Assembly (NCBI GenBank): GCA_003971905.1
Contig: RSEE01000028.1
Span: 682,001 to 731,445, forward strand
Origin: Moniliella sp. 'wahieum'
Lineage: Eukaryota
Direction of reading: 5' to 3'
DNA length: 49,445 nt
The notes under the pieces are model-generated. The model saw nothing but the letters and a program-made list of their open reading frames with translations, was not told the DNA's origin and did not search any database. This document shows, in pieces, positions 21,541 to 33,521 of this stretch. Numbering within the stretch: position 1 is the first letter of the stretch; each line of letters opens with the position of its first letter. The position numbers and the translations under genes were made by a program.

Positions 21541-24500
21541 ATGCAAGCCCATGACTTTTACCAGTCCTATGAAGACCACCTCCCTCCTGGCATGATTATG
21601 ATGACGAGGATAACATCCCTAATGCTGCTTCCTCGCATGACTCCAGATCATTGTTGCCACCACCCGCCGCCTCTGAGCAGAATGATGTGCCTCTTGCCGA
21701 TGCTGCTGGGAAGCCCAATGCACTGCCCAAGCCAGTGTCGGTACCTGTGCCCATGATGCCAGAAGAACCAGAGCCAGTGTGGATGGGCCATCAGGCATCT
21801 GCTGTTCGCAACACCAGGATGACCGACACAGCCACACATCCCTTGTCGCAGCCACCATTGCATCCTCAACCGAAGGTCGCGCCTCCAACAATAGCTTCTT
21901 CTTTTTCTGATGGGGCTAGCACTTTCCTGGGCTCGCTCACCAGCAGCCAAGGCACCACCCTCCCATCTTCATCGAAGTCAGCCGCTCAGGTCCGGATGCC
22001 TGGGTTGACCGTCGTACACGAGTACTCGGGAAATAACTCAGACGAAGAGCAGTCGAGCCGCTTTCTAAACTCATACTTCGACGACCAGCCTGCCAGCATG
22101 CATTACGACCTGAACGCGAGCGAGTCGATGCTCCACCATAGACATCCATTCCTACCACCGACTTCCCTTCATTATTCGATGGTGCTTCGGTCCCTGGAGA
22201 AAAACGACAGGTCACTGCTTGCGTTCGTCATGGAATCATTGGGCGATGATGAACAATCGCCAGAGCAGATGGCACTGTTAAGAGAAGGCGAAGAGTCCAA
22301 TCAGTTGGAATACAAAGGGAGGGCCCACCCCAATGTCCGGGCTAGCGTGCCATCAGATGATGATCCCACGTTGCCTATCCACACCCTGCGTGTATGGCTC
22401 TTAGGCCCATCGTTTGCGATGGGTTTTTCCAGTCTCTATGTCGTCTTTACCTCATGGGGGTGGACAGTTACTGTAATTCAGTCGGCTGTGCTGGTACAGA
22501 TATTTTGTTGGCCCTTGGGCTTTCTTATGTCCAAGGTGCCATATCCTTCCTCTTGGCCTCTCGCCTGGTTCATTAACCCAGGTCCCTTCAACATCAAGGA
22601 GCATGCGCTCATCTGCATCATGGCCACGGTTAGTATCGGACCTTCGTTGTCGCTCGATGTGCTGATGATTCACAAACATGTGATCCTAAACTTCCCGGCG
22701 CCAACAGGGTACAAAGTTCTCTTGATGATTTCTAGTTCTTGTATGGGTCTGTCGTATGCAGGGCTGTTTTACCGCACACTGGTCTTGCCTGGACGAATGC
22801 TCTGGCCCACCGTGCTCTCCACCTCAGCTTTGCTCACCACGCTGCACCGCGTACGCGCTAGCAACTGGCCCCGTCAAAAGGTGTTTTATGTTACGCTTGT
22901 GCTTGCTTTTGTCTGGGCCTGGGTGTCAGGGTATGCCTTTTCGGCTTTGCAGACATTTGCGTACGTTATTTGCCATGTTTTGCTTTCAGACCCCGAAGTG
23001 GACTACTACTAACCGGCTTTCATGCCCCACCTTTACTATGCTTATTCGCTGTGGCGATGCCCGGGCGACTGCGCGCTTCAATATTTATACACGCATCTAA
23101 TACCAGATGGATTCCTTGGTGTGCTCCCCGTTCATACGTCCCTAACCTCCTCTTTGGTGGCCAGGGTGGTATGGGTCTCTGGCCTACGTTTTCGCTCGAT
23201 TGGATCACCATCTGCGAATCCTTGCCGTCTCCTCTCATCACGCCATTCTTTGCTCAAATTAACATCGTGATCGGATACCTCATCTTTGGCGTCGTGGTTC
23301 CATCGCTCATCACCTTCTCTCACAAGGGCCCAGCACAATACATGCCATGGCTACAGTCCGTTCCTTTTGACCGGTTTGCTCGATCCTACCTGTTGAAGGT
23401 TGTGCCCTCTCATACCGCTCCCCATCGCGGTATCACTTTCAACGCCGATTCATACGAGTCATACTCCAAGCCTTATTGGCCGGCCACCAACTTGGTGTCC
23501 AAGGGGTGTTCTCTTGCTCTGGTGCCGGCGGCCTGGGTTCATTTTCTACTCTTTGACTTGATTCCCACGGTGAGTGATTACCGGCTTCCAGCTCAAGAGG
23601 AGGAAGACGTGCATGCTCAACTTATCCAGCGATACCAACCCATCCCTGCTTGGTGGTGGCTTGCGCTGTTTCTGAGTTCGCTGGCTATGGCCGTAGGCAC
23701 CTGCGAGGGGTACCATACAGGGTTGCCCATTTGGGCCCTGCTTCTCCATCTTCATTGGTTTCGTTTTGTCCTCCCCTCGGCATCGTAACCGCCCTGACAG
23801 CCATCACACCTTCTCTCGATTTTGCTTTCGAATGGATAGGCGGCTACGTCGTTCCGGGCAATGCAGTCCCATGGCTCCTTTTCACTCTACCCTACTGTCG
23901 GCGTGAACCAGTCGATTCAGATGCTGTCGCAACTCAAGTTGGGTATGTACTTTAAGTTGCCTCCACGCAGCGCCTTTCTCAGTATTATTGCCATCCAGCT
24001 CGCATCCTGTGGCATACAGATCGTCACAGCCCATGCGCTCGCGGCGGGGGATTCGACCGCAGTATTGCTTGCCGACGCGGTGAGTGTCGGCCTAGTGGGT
24101 TCCAAGCGTACATTGACCAAGGGGGTGAATACAACTGGATCAACTTCTTCTTTCTTGTTGGATTTCTCGCACCCATCCCTTGCTGGCTATTATGTTATTA
24201 TCGCGTGACCTTACCGGCACCTCTCGATCAGTTCAACGTCCGTCGGCTTCGCAATGTAGTTTACACACCGTTGATATTGACGGCTGTTCCCCAGACATAC
24301 GGTTTTGATCCTGTGTCTGTGACCAGCTGGGCCTGGGTTGGGCTCCTTGCTCGGTTTACCCTGAATCGCAGTCGATTGAGGAACTACTTTGCGGCACTGT
24401 GCTACGTCTTGTCATCCTCTTTGTACACGGGTTCGGCTGCCAGCTACTTTGTCGCCTATATGATCCCCGTGTTCTCGGGTAAGTATGGCACTTCCCTAAC

Positions 24501-24696
24501 TTCACCAGATTGGTGGGGGGCCCAGATTCAATGGATCCCGAAAGAGGCTCTACCAGCTCCTGGCTCAATCCAAAGGGAGCCGTCCTTGTTTTGGAAGAAT
24601 TCTTCTCGCCTCTTTCATTCCATGCAGGTGCTTTTGCCCCTGCCCCCAATGGCATGTGGCTTCCACGGCCGTCTCCCCACCACCGTTAAGTTTTAG
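21541..24696 (+). CDS. OPT family oligopeptide transporter (divergent); intron 22961-23106
   Basis: HPNVRASVPSDDDPTLPIHTLRVW, INPGPFNIKEHALICIMA, EEEDVHAQLIQRYQPIPAWWW, KLGMYFKLPPR, DWWG and many hydrophobic segments. Intron removal gives in-frame TFA-WIPW. TATA-like element ~21453. Several frameshifts. Confidence 0.9.
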
Positions 24697-25558
24697 GTAA
24701 TGCAAGTGCATGCACTGTCAATTTAATGTTGAACACAGGTAGACGTCTACATTATCTCTCTCCTTTCTTTGGTTTGCTCTTCTTTTCCCTACCTGAATTT
24801 GTCCGACTTGGACACGTCCAACCTCCCTGGTGGTCACTATCTATCCGTATGCTCTCTCAAGCAGGCAGGCTGAACCCAGATATATGCTCTATTATAGACC
24901 TTGCTTTCCATCAATTTGTCTGTGCCCCCACTTTCTTTTACAGTTCCCCGTGTTCGGCACCAGCTCCCTTAGTAGATACACAGGACTACAGCTTGGAAAA
25001 GGGCCAGAATGAAGCTCAGACGAAGGCGGATGTCATGTGCATCAGGGACGGGGAGGCAAGAATCAGGCCAGGTGCTAGCGGCCTTGGTCGTAGATTTGGA
25101 TCGGTTGCGGGAATGAGGGGGGGAAGAGCGAGTGACTTTGTACCGGTAGACCGACGATTGGAATCATGCACCCCCCCCACCACGTCGATGTCGGCATGGG
25201 AGATCCATCGGTCATTTTTTGCACATCGAGCGATTCCTCGTCGCCATGAATCATTCCTGTTCGCTTTGCATTCCCCTGCGTCACAATAAGTGGAGCAGAT
25301 GGCGGGCCTGGTGCAACCCTACTGCTTTGCTCAGCTCTTCGTGTGCGTTAGTTCATCAACCGACGTCATGCATCATGCATCGTGTACCGTGGGACTCGGC
25401 TGTAACCATGTAACCCATGTGGCTGTAACCCATGTAACCCATCATTAACAGTTTCCCGCCCCCCCCCCATCGGCCTCCTCGCGAGCTGGCCAGTCACACT
25501 CGCCATTGGTACCACACTACCACTCTCCTGCGTCGTTACATTGTAATACATTCGGCAC

Positions 25559-26384
25559 TTAGTCTTCCATGTCGACGTCCAAGGCGTCCTTGGCCTTCTG
25601 CTCTGCTTCCTGTAAGGGTAACGTCAGTACGCTGTCTACCGACTCATCTAGAGTTTGCAAGAAAAGAACATACTTGTGCCATCTGGAGCGGGACAAGTTG
25701 GTGCTTGCCCTTGGTTTCCGGGCCGATCCAGGACAGTTCCAGCTCAAAGTCCTTGTCCTTCGCATCGTCATGGACTTTGTAGATGATCTCTGCTGCCCGT
25801 TCCACTGCCTGCGGGAGCGTGATCGTGTCCCAATCAATCTTCTCCAGTTCGGTTTTGGCCAGCTGACGGCCCTTACCAATGGCCGTGCCGCGGTAGCCGC
25901 GGAACTCGCCAGAAGGTTCAATCATGTACAGACCAGGCTTTCCCGTGTGAGGGTCGAGACCGGCAAGGATAGTGCTAATGCCAAACGGTCGGACCGAACT
26001 GTAGAGCGTATAGGCATCGGCGTACTGAGACAAGCGCGCCGCCAGCGCTTGGGGGCGAATGGGCTCGTGAAAGTTGTCACGGAAGCTTTCGCATTCCTCG
26101 CGTGCACGGCCGGCCATGTGGCGGCCATCGGCAATGAGGCCGGCGGTGGCAAGGCCGAGGTGGGTGTCGACACTAAAGATGCGACGGTTGCTGGGTGCAC
26201 GGGGGACGAGGAGCTTGCTCGTCACCAGCTTCTCGACGGCGAGCACGACGCCCTGGGGGGTGCGGATGCCGATGGCGGTGCCGGCATTCTCGACGGCCTT
26301 GAGGGCGTACTCGACCTGGAAGAGACGGCCGTCGGGGGAGTAGGTGCTGGTGGAGAGGTCGTACCCGGTGCCCTGGGAAGCCAT
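25559..26384 (-). CDS. PRE10: 20S proteasome subunit alpha-7 (PSMA3 type), 253 aa; intron 25610-25673
   Basis: MASQGTGYDLSTSTYSPDGRLFQVEYALKAVEN, YTLYSSVRPFG, GKGRQLAKTELEK, VHDDAKDKDFELELSW. Intron GTATGT..TACTGAC..ACAG joins in frame to EAEQKAKDALDVDMED*. Intact, no frameshift. Confidence 0.97.
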
Positions 26385-26689
26385 GGTGGGGGGGTGGGAG
26401 GGGGGGGCGGCTGGTGCGCAAGAGGTACGCAAGCGTGGGTGGGGGGCGGAACCAGCAGGGCATTCCGCGGGGCCACGTGGTGGGGGCTGGGCTATGGAGG
26501 TGAACATTTCACGTGGGCTGGGGCGATGGCCGATGGCGATGACGATTGGGTGGCTGCGCTGGTGGCGCTTGGCTGGCGGGTGGCTGCGCCGCTGAGCTCA
26601 GCTCAGCGTTCAGGCTGCGCGCTTCCTCCTGCGCCCTCCCTTCGCCCCTCCCCTCCACCACCTCCTCCGCCGTCCCCACCCCCCCACCC

Positions 26690-29600
26690 ATGGCCATCTC
26701 CAAAAGGCCGGCGCCAAGAAGGCGCGCGCCGGCGGCGCTGCCCCAAGACCACCAAGAAGCCTTATGCGCCCGGCGGCGTCGCCAAGGCCGACTGGCGCGA
26801 GGGCTTCAAGAAGCCCAGGCCGGCGTCAGCGACATGACCCTCCTCACCAAGCTCACCAACGAGGCCATCAACGAAAACCTCAAGAAGCGCTTCTTCAACC
26901 AGGAGATCTATGTTCGTACCCTACCCCTGCCCCTACCGGCATGCGCCCACACCCGCTGACTCCCCCCCCCCCCCCCCCCCCCTGCAGACCTACATTGGCA
27001 ATGTGCTCATCTCAGTCAATCCCTTTCGCGACTTGGGCCTCTACACGCCCGAGGTGCTCGAATCGTACCGCGGCAAGAACCGGCTGGAGATGCGCCCCCA
27101 TGTGTATGCGATTGCTGAGGGCATGTTCTACAACATGCAGGCCTACCATGACAACCAATGCGTCATTATCTCAGGCGAGTCGGGCGCCGGCAAGACCGAG
27201 GCGGCCAAGCAGATTATGCAGTATATTGCTGCTGTTTCGGGTGACCAAGGCGGTGGAATTGAGAACGTGAAACAGATGGTCTTGGCAACCAACCCGCTGC
27301 TCGAGTCCTTTGGGTGCGCCAAAACGCTCCGCAATAACAACTCCTCCCGCCACGGCAAGTACCTCGAAATCATGTTCAACGCCCAGGGCGCACCCATTGG
27401 CGCCAATATCACCAACTATCTACTGGAAAAGAACCGTGTGGTGGGCCAGATCAAGTCGGAGCGCAACTTCCACATCTTTTACCAGCTCGCCAAGGGTGCC
27501 TCTGCGGCGCAGCGCGAACTGTTTGGCCTCCAAGGACCCGAGGCGTACCAGTACACTGCCGGCGCCAAGTGTCTCGACGTGGATGGGATCGACGATGTGC
27601 AGGACTTTAAGGGAACGATCCAGGCGATGAACGTGATTGGTCTGAGTCAGGCCGAGCAGGACAACATCTTCCGTATGATTGCTGCCATTCTGTGGTTGGG
27701 CAACACCCAGTTCTCTGAAAACAGGATGGCAATGCCCAGGTCGCCGACACGAGCGTGACAGATTATGTGGCGTATCTGTTGGAGGTGGATGGGGGGCGGT
27801 GCACCGTGCGTTGACGATTCGCATCATGGAAACGATGCGTGGCATGCGCCGCGGGTCTGTGTACGAGGTGCCGCTCAACCCGCCTCAGGCCGAGTCGGTC
27901 CGCGACGCACTTTCCAAAGCGATCTACAACAACCTCTTTGACTGGATCGTCGCTCGTGTTAACCAGTCCATGCACACCCAGGGTACCATGGCCAACGTGA
28001 TTGGTGTCCTGGACATTTACGGGTTTGAGATCTTTGACAACAACTCGTTTGAGCAGCTTTGCATCAACTATGTCAATGAGAAGTTACAGCAGATTTTTAT
28101 CCAGCTCACGCTTAAGCGCGAGCAAGAAGAGTATGCGGCCGAGCAGATCAACTGGACTCCGATCAAATTCTTTAATAACAAGATTGTCTGCGACCTCATT
28201 GAAGAGAAGCGCCCGCCCGGCGTGTTTGCCGCGCTGAACGATGCTTGTGCCACGGCGCATGCCGATCCGAGCGCGGCAGATCAGTCCTTCTCCCAACGCT
28301 TGAGTATGCTCTCCTCCAATGCGCACTTTGATGGACGGGGCAACAAGTTCCTTGTCCGCCACTATGCTGGCGATGTGATGTACAACATCAAGGGTATGAC
28401 GGACAAGAACAAGATGCTCTGCTCAAGATATCCTCGATCTGGTTGACTCGAGCCAGAATCAATTCCTTCACACTCTTTTCCCCGACCGCCCGGACCCGTC
28501 GTCCAAGAAACGTCCCCCGACGGCGGGAGACCGGATCAAGACTTCTGCCAACGCATTGGTGGACAAGCTGATGAAGTCGCAGCCATCTTACATTCGCACC
28601 ATCAAGCCCAACCAGACCAAGCAGCCAACCGATTATGATGACCAGCAGGTGCTCCATCAAGTCAAGTACCTTGGCTTGCAAGAAAACATCCGCGTGCGTC
28701 GGGCTGGGTTTGCCTACCGCAACACGTTTGAAAGATGGTGGAGCGCTTCTATCTTCTCTCTCCGAACACGTCCTATGCTGGCGAGTATACATGGGAGGGC
28801 GATTCGCGGTCGGGTTTCAGCAGATCTTGCAAGACACAGGCATCGCACGGGACGAGTGGCAGATGGGCCGAACCAAGGCGTTTATCAAGAACCCCGAGAC
28901 GCTCTTTGCCCTTGAGACCATGCGGGACCGTTACTGGCACAACATGGCCATGCGCATTCAGCGTGCATTCCGAAACTACCTGCGTTACAAGCACGAATGC
29001 GCGCGGCGGATTCAGCGCATGTGGCTCAACAAGAAGAGGCTATCAAGTACGTCGAGTTCCGTGACTATGGCCACAAGCTCCTCCAAGGCCGCAAAGAGCG
29101 CCGCCGCTTCTCTCTCATTTCTATGCGCAAGTTTATGGGCGACTATTTGGACGTGAATGGCGGGTCAGTCGAGGGCGATCTCCTTCGTCGCGCGGCAGGG
29201 ATTGGCTCGACACCCGTCACCTTCTCCTCCCGCGGCCAAATCTTGGTGCACCGTGCCCTTCGTTCGTCCAAGCCGTCCCCTCGGTTCATCCTGCTAACGG
29301 ACAAGGAACTTTTGATTGTCGTGACCCAATTGGTGAACAAGCAGCCGACGACGATGCTCGAGCGCAAGATCCCGCTCTCTTCCATTGCCCAGGTGGGACT
29401 GTCTCAGCTGCGAGACGACTGGATTGTGATTAATCTGCGTGGTCAGGATCCGGAGGGAGACCCGGTTTTGCATTGTTACCTCAAGACCGAACTTGCTGCT
29501 CGTCTTGCCCGTCAGACGGGGGGGAACGTGCGTGTGAATGTGGCCAACACGCTAGACTATGGTAAGAAGAAGGGCAAGCGCGCTCAGATTTCCTTCAAGA

Positions 29601-30598
29601 AGGACGAGATGATCAAGCGGGACGACGAGTACAAGTCGCATGTCGTTTCGGTCCCGTCGGGCGAACCGGCGGGCTCGCTGTCCCGTCCCCGGCACGGCGC
29701 AAGCCCGGTGTAGTACGTCCCGTGACAACGGGCAAGCTGCTCAAGGCTGGTGGACCAAGCAACCCGAACCGTGCTCGGCAAGCAGCACGCGCTCGTCCTG
29801 CACCCAAGGCGGCCCGACCCTTGCCTAGCTCCAACGGTACATCTGCCCCAGCGGCCACTACCAACCTCGCTACCACAGGGGCAGTCCACCGTGCCCCGCC
29901 CGCCCCCCCAGCCCCCGAACCCGAGGAAGAGGAAGAGGAAGACGGCCCATCGGTGCCCATGTACAAGGCTCTGTATGATTTCGCCGCATCGTCATCCGGG
30001 GAGATGTCGTTGACGGCCGGCGAGCTACTGGAGGTGGAACAGCAAGCCGACAATGGTGCGTACTTCTTTTGTTTTTTGTTTTGTTTTTTTGTTTTCTTCG
30101 GTTTGGGGGAGAGAGGCTAACCTGGATTTGTGCTATCTATGGATAGGTTGGTGGCTGGTCAAAAAGGGAGGTTTGGAAGCCTGGGCTCCATCGGCGTACC
30201 TGGAACTTGTTCCGCCCAAGCCCAAGAAACCCAAAGTGCGTCGGGCCCCGCCGGCTCCGGCGGCACCAGCACCAGCGCCTGCTGCGGCGCCTGCACCGCG
30301 CGCGGCCAAGCCCAAGTTCAAGACGGTGCAATCGAGTGTGCGGGCAGAGAATGCGCATGCGGTGGCGGCCGATACATCGGCTGCGCCTGTGGCGGTGATG
30401 CCGGGGGGGGCACCAGGTGGGTTTGCTGAGGTGCTGGCGAAGAGGAAGGCCGCGATAGCCGCAGCGAATGGTGGGGGCGGCGCGAGCAGCGGCTCGGCGC
30501 CCAGCAGCGGTGCCTCGACGCCCCGGCCGCCGATCCCGCCAAAGCCCAAGCCGGGCGTGGCGGGTCGCAAGATGCCGCCTCCGCCGCCGCGGCGGTGA
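26690..30598 (+). CDS. MYO1: Class I myosin (motor, IQ, TH1, SH3, Pro-rich tail); introns 26912-26987 and 30056-30146
   Basis: [19 protein letters not shown] (P-loop), [20 protein letters not shown] (TEDS Ser), [22 protein letters not shown] motif [10 protein letters not shown]1 [12 protein letters not shown]3 YKALYDF..GWWLVKK..WAPSAYL. Confidence 0.96.
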
Positions 30599-31058
30599 AG
30601 CTGGCGCAGTTGGAAGCGCTGGAAGCGAGGTGGCTCGTGTGGGGGCCGCCGGGGCGCCGACGGAGGGAGCGGAGAGAGCAACACACATAGACTCGCTGAA
30701 CTGGCTGGGACGCGGGACGCTGCCTGGCGACTGCAATGGACTGTCTTCGACGCGCGCTATCCTATATCGCGCGATCGCTTATCTGAATCTGAATACCAAT
30801 GCGACTCAGTCAATATCAATTCCATCCTGCGACAGGGGGACGCTGCCTGTAACCCTACGTCGTATAAGCACGCTTATTTTTCTTTTATTCTAGCCCCACA
30901 CAGCTTTCGCCCTCCACTGCGCCCGCGTGCCTGCTTGCGTTTTCCGCTGTTTCCTATTCGAAGCGTCGTGGTCGTCCGGCCACGCGGCCGCCGCCCACGC
31001 CGCCTGCACCGCCACCGCCATCGCCACCGCCATCACCACCGCCGCCGCCCTCCCCCCC

Positions 31059-33085
31059 ATGACGCTCTTCTGGCGCGCCCTCGCGCAGCTCGTCGAGTGG
31101 GCCGCCGTGCTGCAGACCCTCTTCTACCTGCCCCTCGCCCTCGACCTGGCCGGCACCGACGCCTTCCTCGCCCTCGGCGCCGCGCTGGCCAGCTACGCCT
31201 TTGTCCTCGCCTCCCTCCGCCTCGCTGCTCGTCGCTCTACTCTCGCCTCCGTACTCGCCGCCATCCTCACCGTATCCCAGCTGGTCGCCATCCCCGCTGC
31301 CCTGCTCGTCTGCTTCAACGTCTACTCCCCGCCGGCCCAGTCCTACTTTGCCGGCGTTGCCAAACGCACCGCCTCGGAACCTGCCCGTGCGGCTGCTGCG
31401 GTCAGGGCTGTCTTTGTCTCTGAGCCGGCTGCGGCCGCCGCCGCATCGGCCCGCTTTGCTGCTGCCCCATCCTCGCGTGCCGGCCGCCATCGCGGCGGCG
31501 GTCGGCTACGTGGAGACGTTGGACGTGGATGCGCTGGCGGACATGGCATGGCGCACCGCCGTACGCTGGACCCGTTATCTGGCGCACCACGTGCCAGCCT
31601 GGTGGTCCACCCTCCTTCGTTCCTCTTCCCCGCTCTTCTCCCTCTTGGAAGGCGTCGCATCTGTCCTCGTTATTCAGGCCCTCGGCTCCATCTCCCGCTG
31701 GGTCATTGCCGTTTCCCTCGCCCCCCGCTCGCTCCCACCACCCGGAGACGCAAATGCTTTCCCTCCTGCCTTCCTTTGGCCTGGGCGGCGCAGAGGGATG
31801 GCAACTCCTCTTCCTCCTTGTCTCTGCTTTTGTCTATGTCACCTCGGCAGGGGCATTGTGGTACTCGTTTGAGGGCGCGACACGCAACCGTCCGCGCGCG
31901 GCGGCGGCCGTGGGGGCATCCGTCTCCTCCACCCTGTGGCTCACCGCCATCGCATTTGGGGTGCGCAAGGGCAACGTAGTCGAGACAAGTCTCATGTTTG
32001 CTTACGTTGTATTCAATGTCACCCAACTCTCCGACTCGCTCGCCTTTACTGCGGACCCGCTCGCGCTCATTCGCGGATTCAAGCGCACCACATCGGCTGC
32101 TGCTGCCGCGGCGGCGGCAGATGTGGGGTCAGGCGGATTGCCCTACCCGGTTTCCAGCTCCTTTTGGGCCTTGCTCGAACTGCTTGCCCGCTTGGTCGAA
32201 CAAAGCGTCGACTTTCTCGCTGCTGCTTCGGCGGCGCTGCCCAAATCGGTCCTGGTCAGCCTCGTGTACCGTTTGATGGTGCTTTACCTCGCTTCGCGCA
32301 TCCTCCCCATGCTCAAGCGTGGTGGGCCACCACGATGGCTCAACGATTCCTTCCCTTCCACCCCGGGCGATAGCCCCAGCCGCAGCCCGCACACTCTGCG
32401 CCCGTCGTTGCGCCCGGGGGCGTACGACGTACCGGACGACGATGAGGATACTTATACAGTGTATGATGACGATACGTTGACGCCTCATCCCGAGGACCCA
32501 GTGATCACCGAGTGGGCGCTGGACCACGCCTCTGAAGACCCATTTGCCCTGGACGATCATGATCTTGCCAGTACAAATCCGAGTAGCGTATCGGTATCCC
32601 CTTCTCCTGCTCCCCCCGCCACCAGCGGCACTGGGGGGCTCCAACCTCCCGCACCGCCATCCTCCATTTCGCGGCAATCCTCCCGCTCCAACCGCTCCAC
32701 CCACTCCGTCCGTTCCACCCGCTCTACCCCACGTGAGCACCTCAGTCGCCTTTCCGTGTCTGGAAACGAGAAGAATAAGGTCCCTTGGCCCGCGGAGGAG
32801 GATGGTACCAGCGTTCGTTCCCGTTCCCACTCTTCCCTTCCTCGCATGGACGACACTGCGCCTCTGCTCCACTTGACGGACAATTCGTTTGGCGCGTTTG
32901 ACTCGATTCTGTGCTACTCGCGCTTGATTATGATTGCAGTGTACTCGCACCTGCTATTGTTGGACCAGTCGCACCAGATTTACTGGCGCTTCCTCACGGT
33001 CGCCATTACGTTGACCTTGTGGACTGCCGAACTGTGCTTTGCAACCGAAGGCGCCGACGCGTTCACAAGGGATTGGTCCCTCTGA
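31059..33085 (+). CDS. ICE2: ICE2 family polytopic ER membrane protein
   Basis: FYLPLALDLAGTDAFLAL, WWSTLLRSSSPLFSLLEGVASVLVIQALG, RKGNVVETSLMFAYVVFNV, SLVYRLMVLYLASRI, YSRLIMIAVYSHLLL, WRFLTV..TLTLWTAEL. Frameshifts near 31450 and 31750. Confidence 0.85.
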
Positions 33086-33087
33086 TG

Positions 33088-33127
33088 TCAAGCTTCGAGC
33101 TTCAAGCTTCGAGCTTCAAGCTTCAAG
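33088..33127 (+). repeat. 7-bp tandem repeat TC(A/G)AGCT, ~5.7 copies, just after the ICE2 stop
   Basis: tcaagct tcgagct tcaagct tcgagct tcaagct tcaag. Confidence 0.9.
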
Positions 33128-33521
33128 GCGGTCCAACATTACCCAGCTTTCTCCACTCCCTTGTTCTCTTCTCCTCTCTCTCTCCTCTCTCTCTCCTCTC
33201 TCCTCTCTCCTCGCTCTTCTCCTTTCTCCTCTCTTCTCTCTCTCTTCCCCTCCCCGCTTGCCCTTTGATCTCTCGTCTTTCCCCAGGCTGATACCCTAAA
33301 AGCTACCCTGTTAACCCTCTGCTCCCCCTGCTATCCATTCTCGTCGCCTTTGTTGATAAGTCCCCCCCCTCGGGCGCTATGCCCCCATTAGTCGCTCAAC
33401 GTATATGCCGCATCGTCTACATGAATAGCTTTTGCATATAGCCAACCTGATTACTTCCATGCCCAAACTTCCATACCCAGATTTGTGGGGCGACCTGGTC
33501 GGCCGGGTGTCCATGTGCATT

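Noticed and set aside
25569..26837. Long antisense ORFs (422 aa here; also 4834-5991, 32129-32950, 43522-44397 and others)
   Set aside because: Shadow ORFs of GC-rich codons opposite well-supported genes, with no independent motifs.
33088..33127. AAGCTT arrays (also ~49065-49310) as heat-shock elements
   Set aside because: The GAA units are direct repeats at 7-bp period, not alternating nGAAn inverted pentamers.
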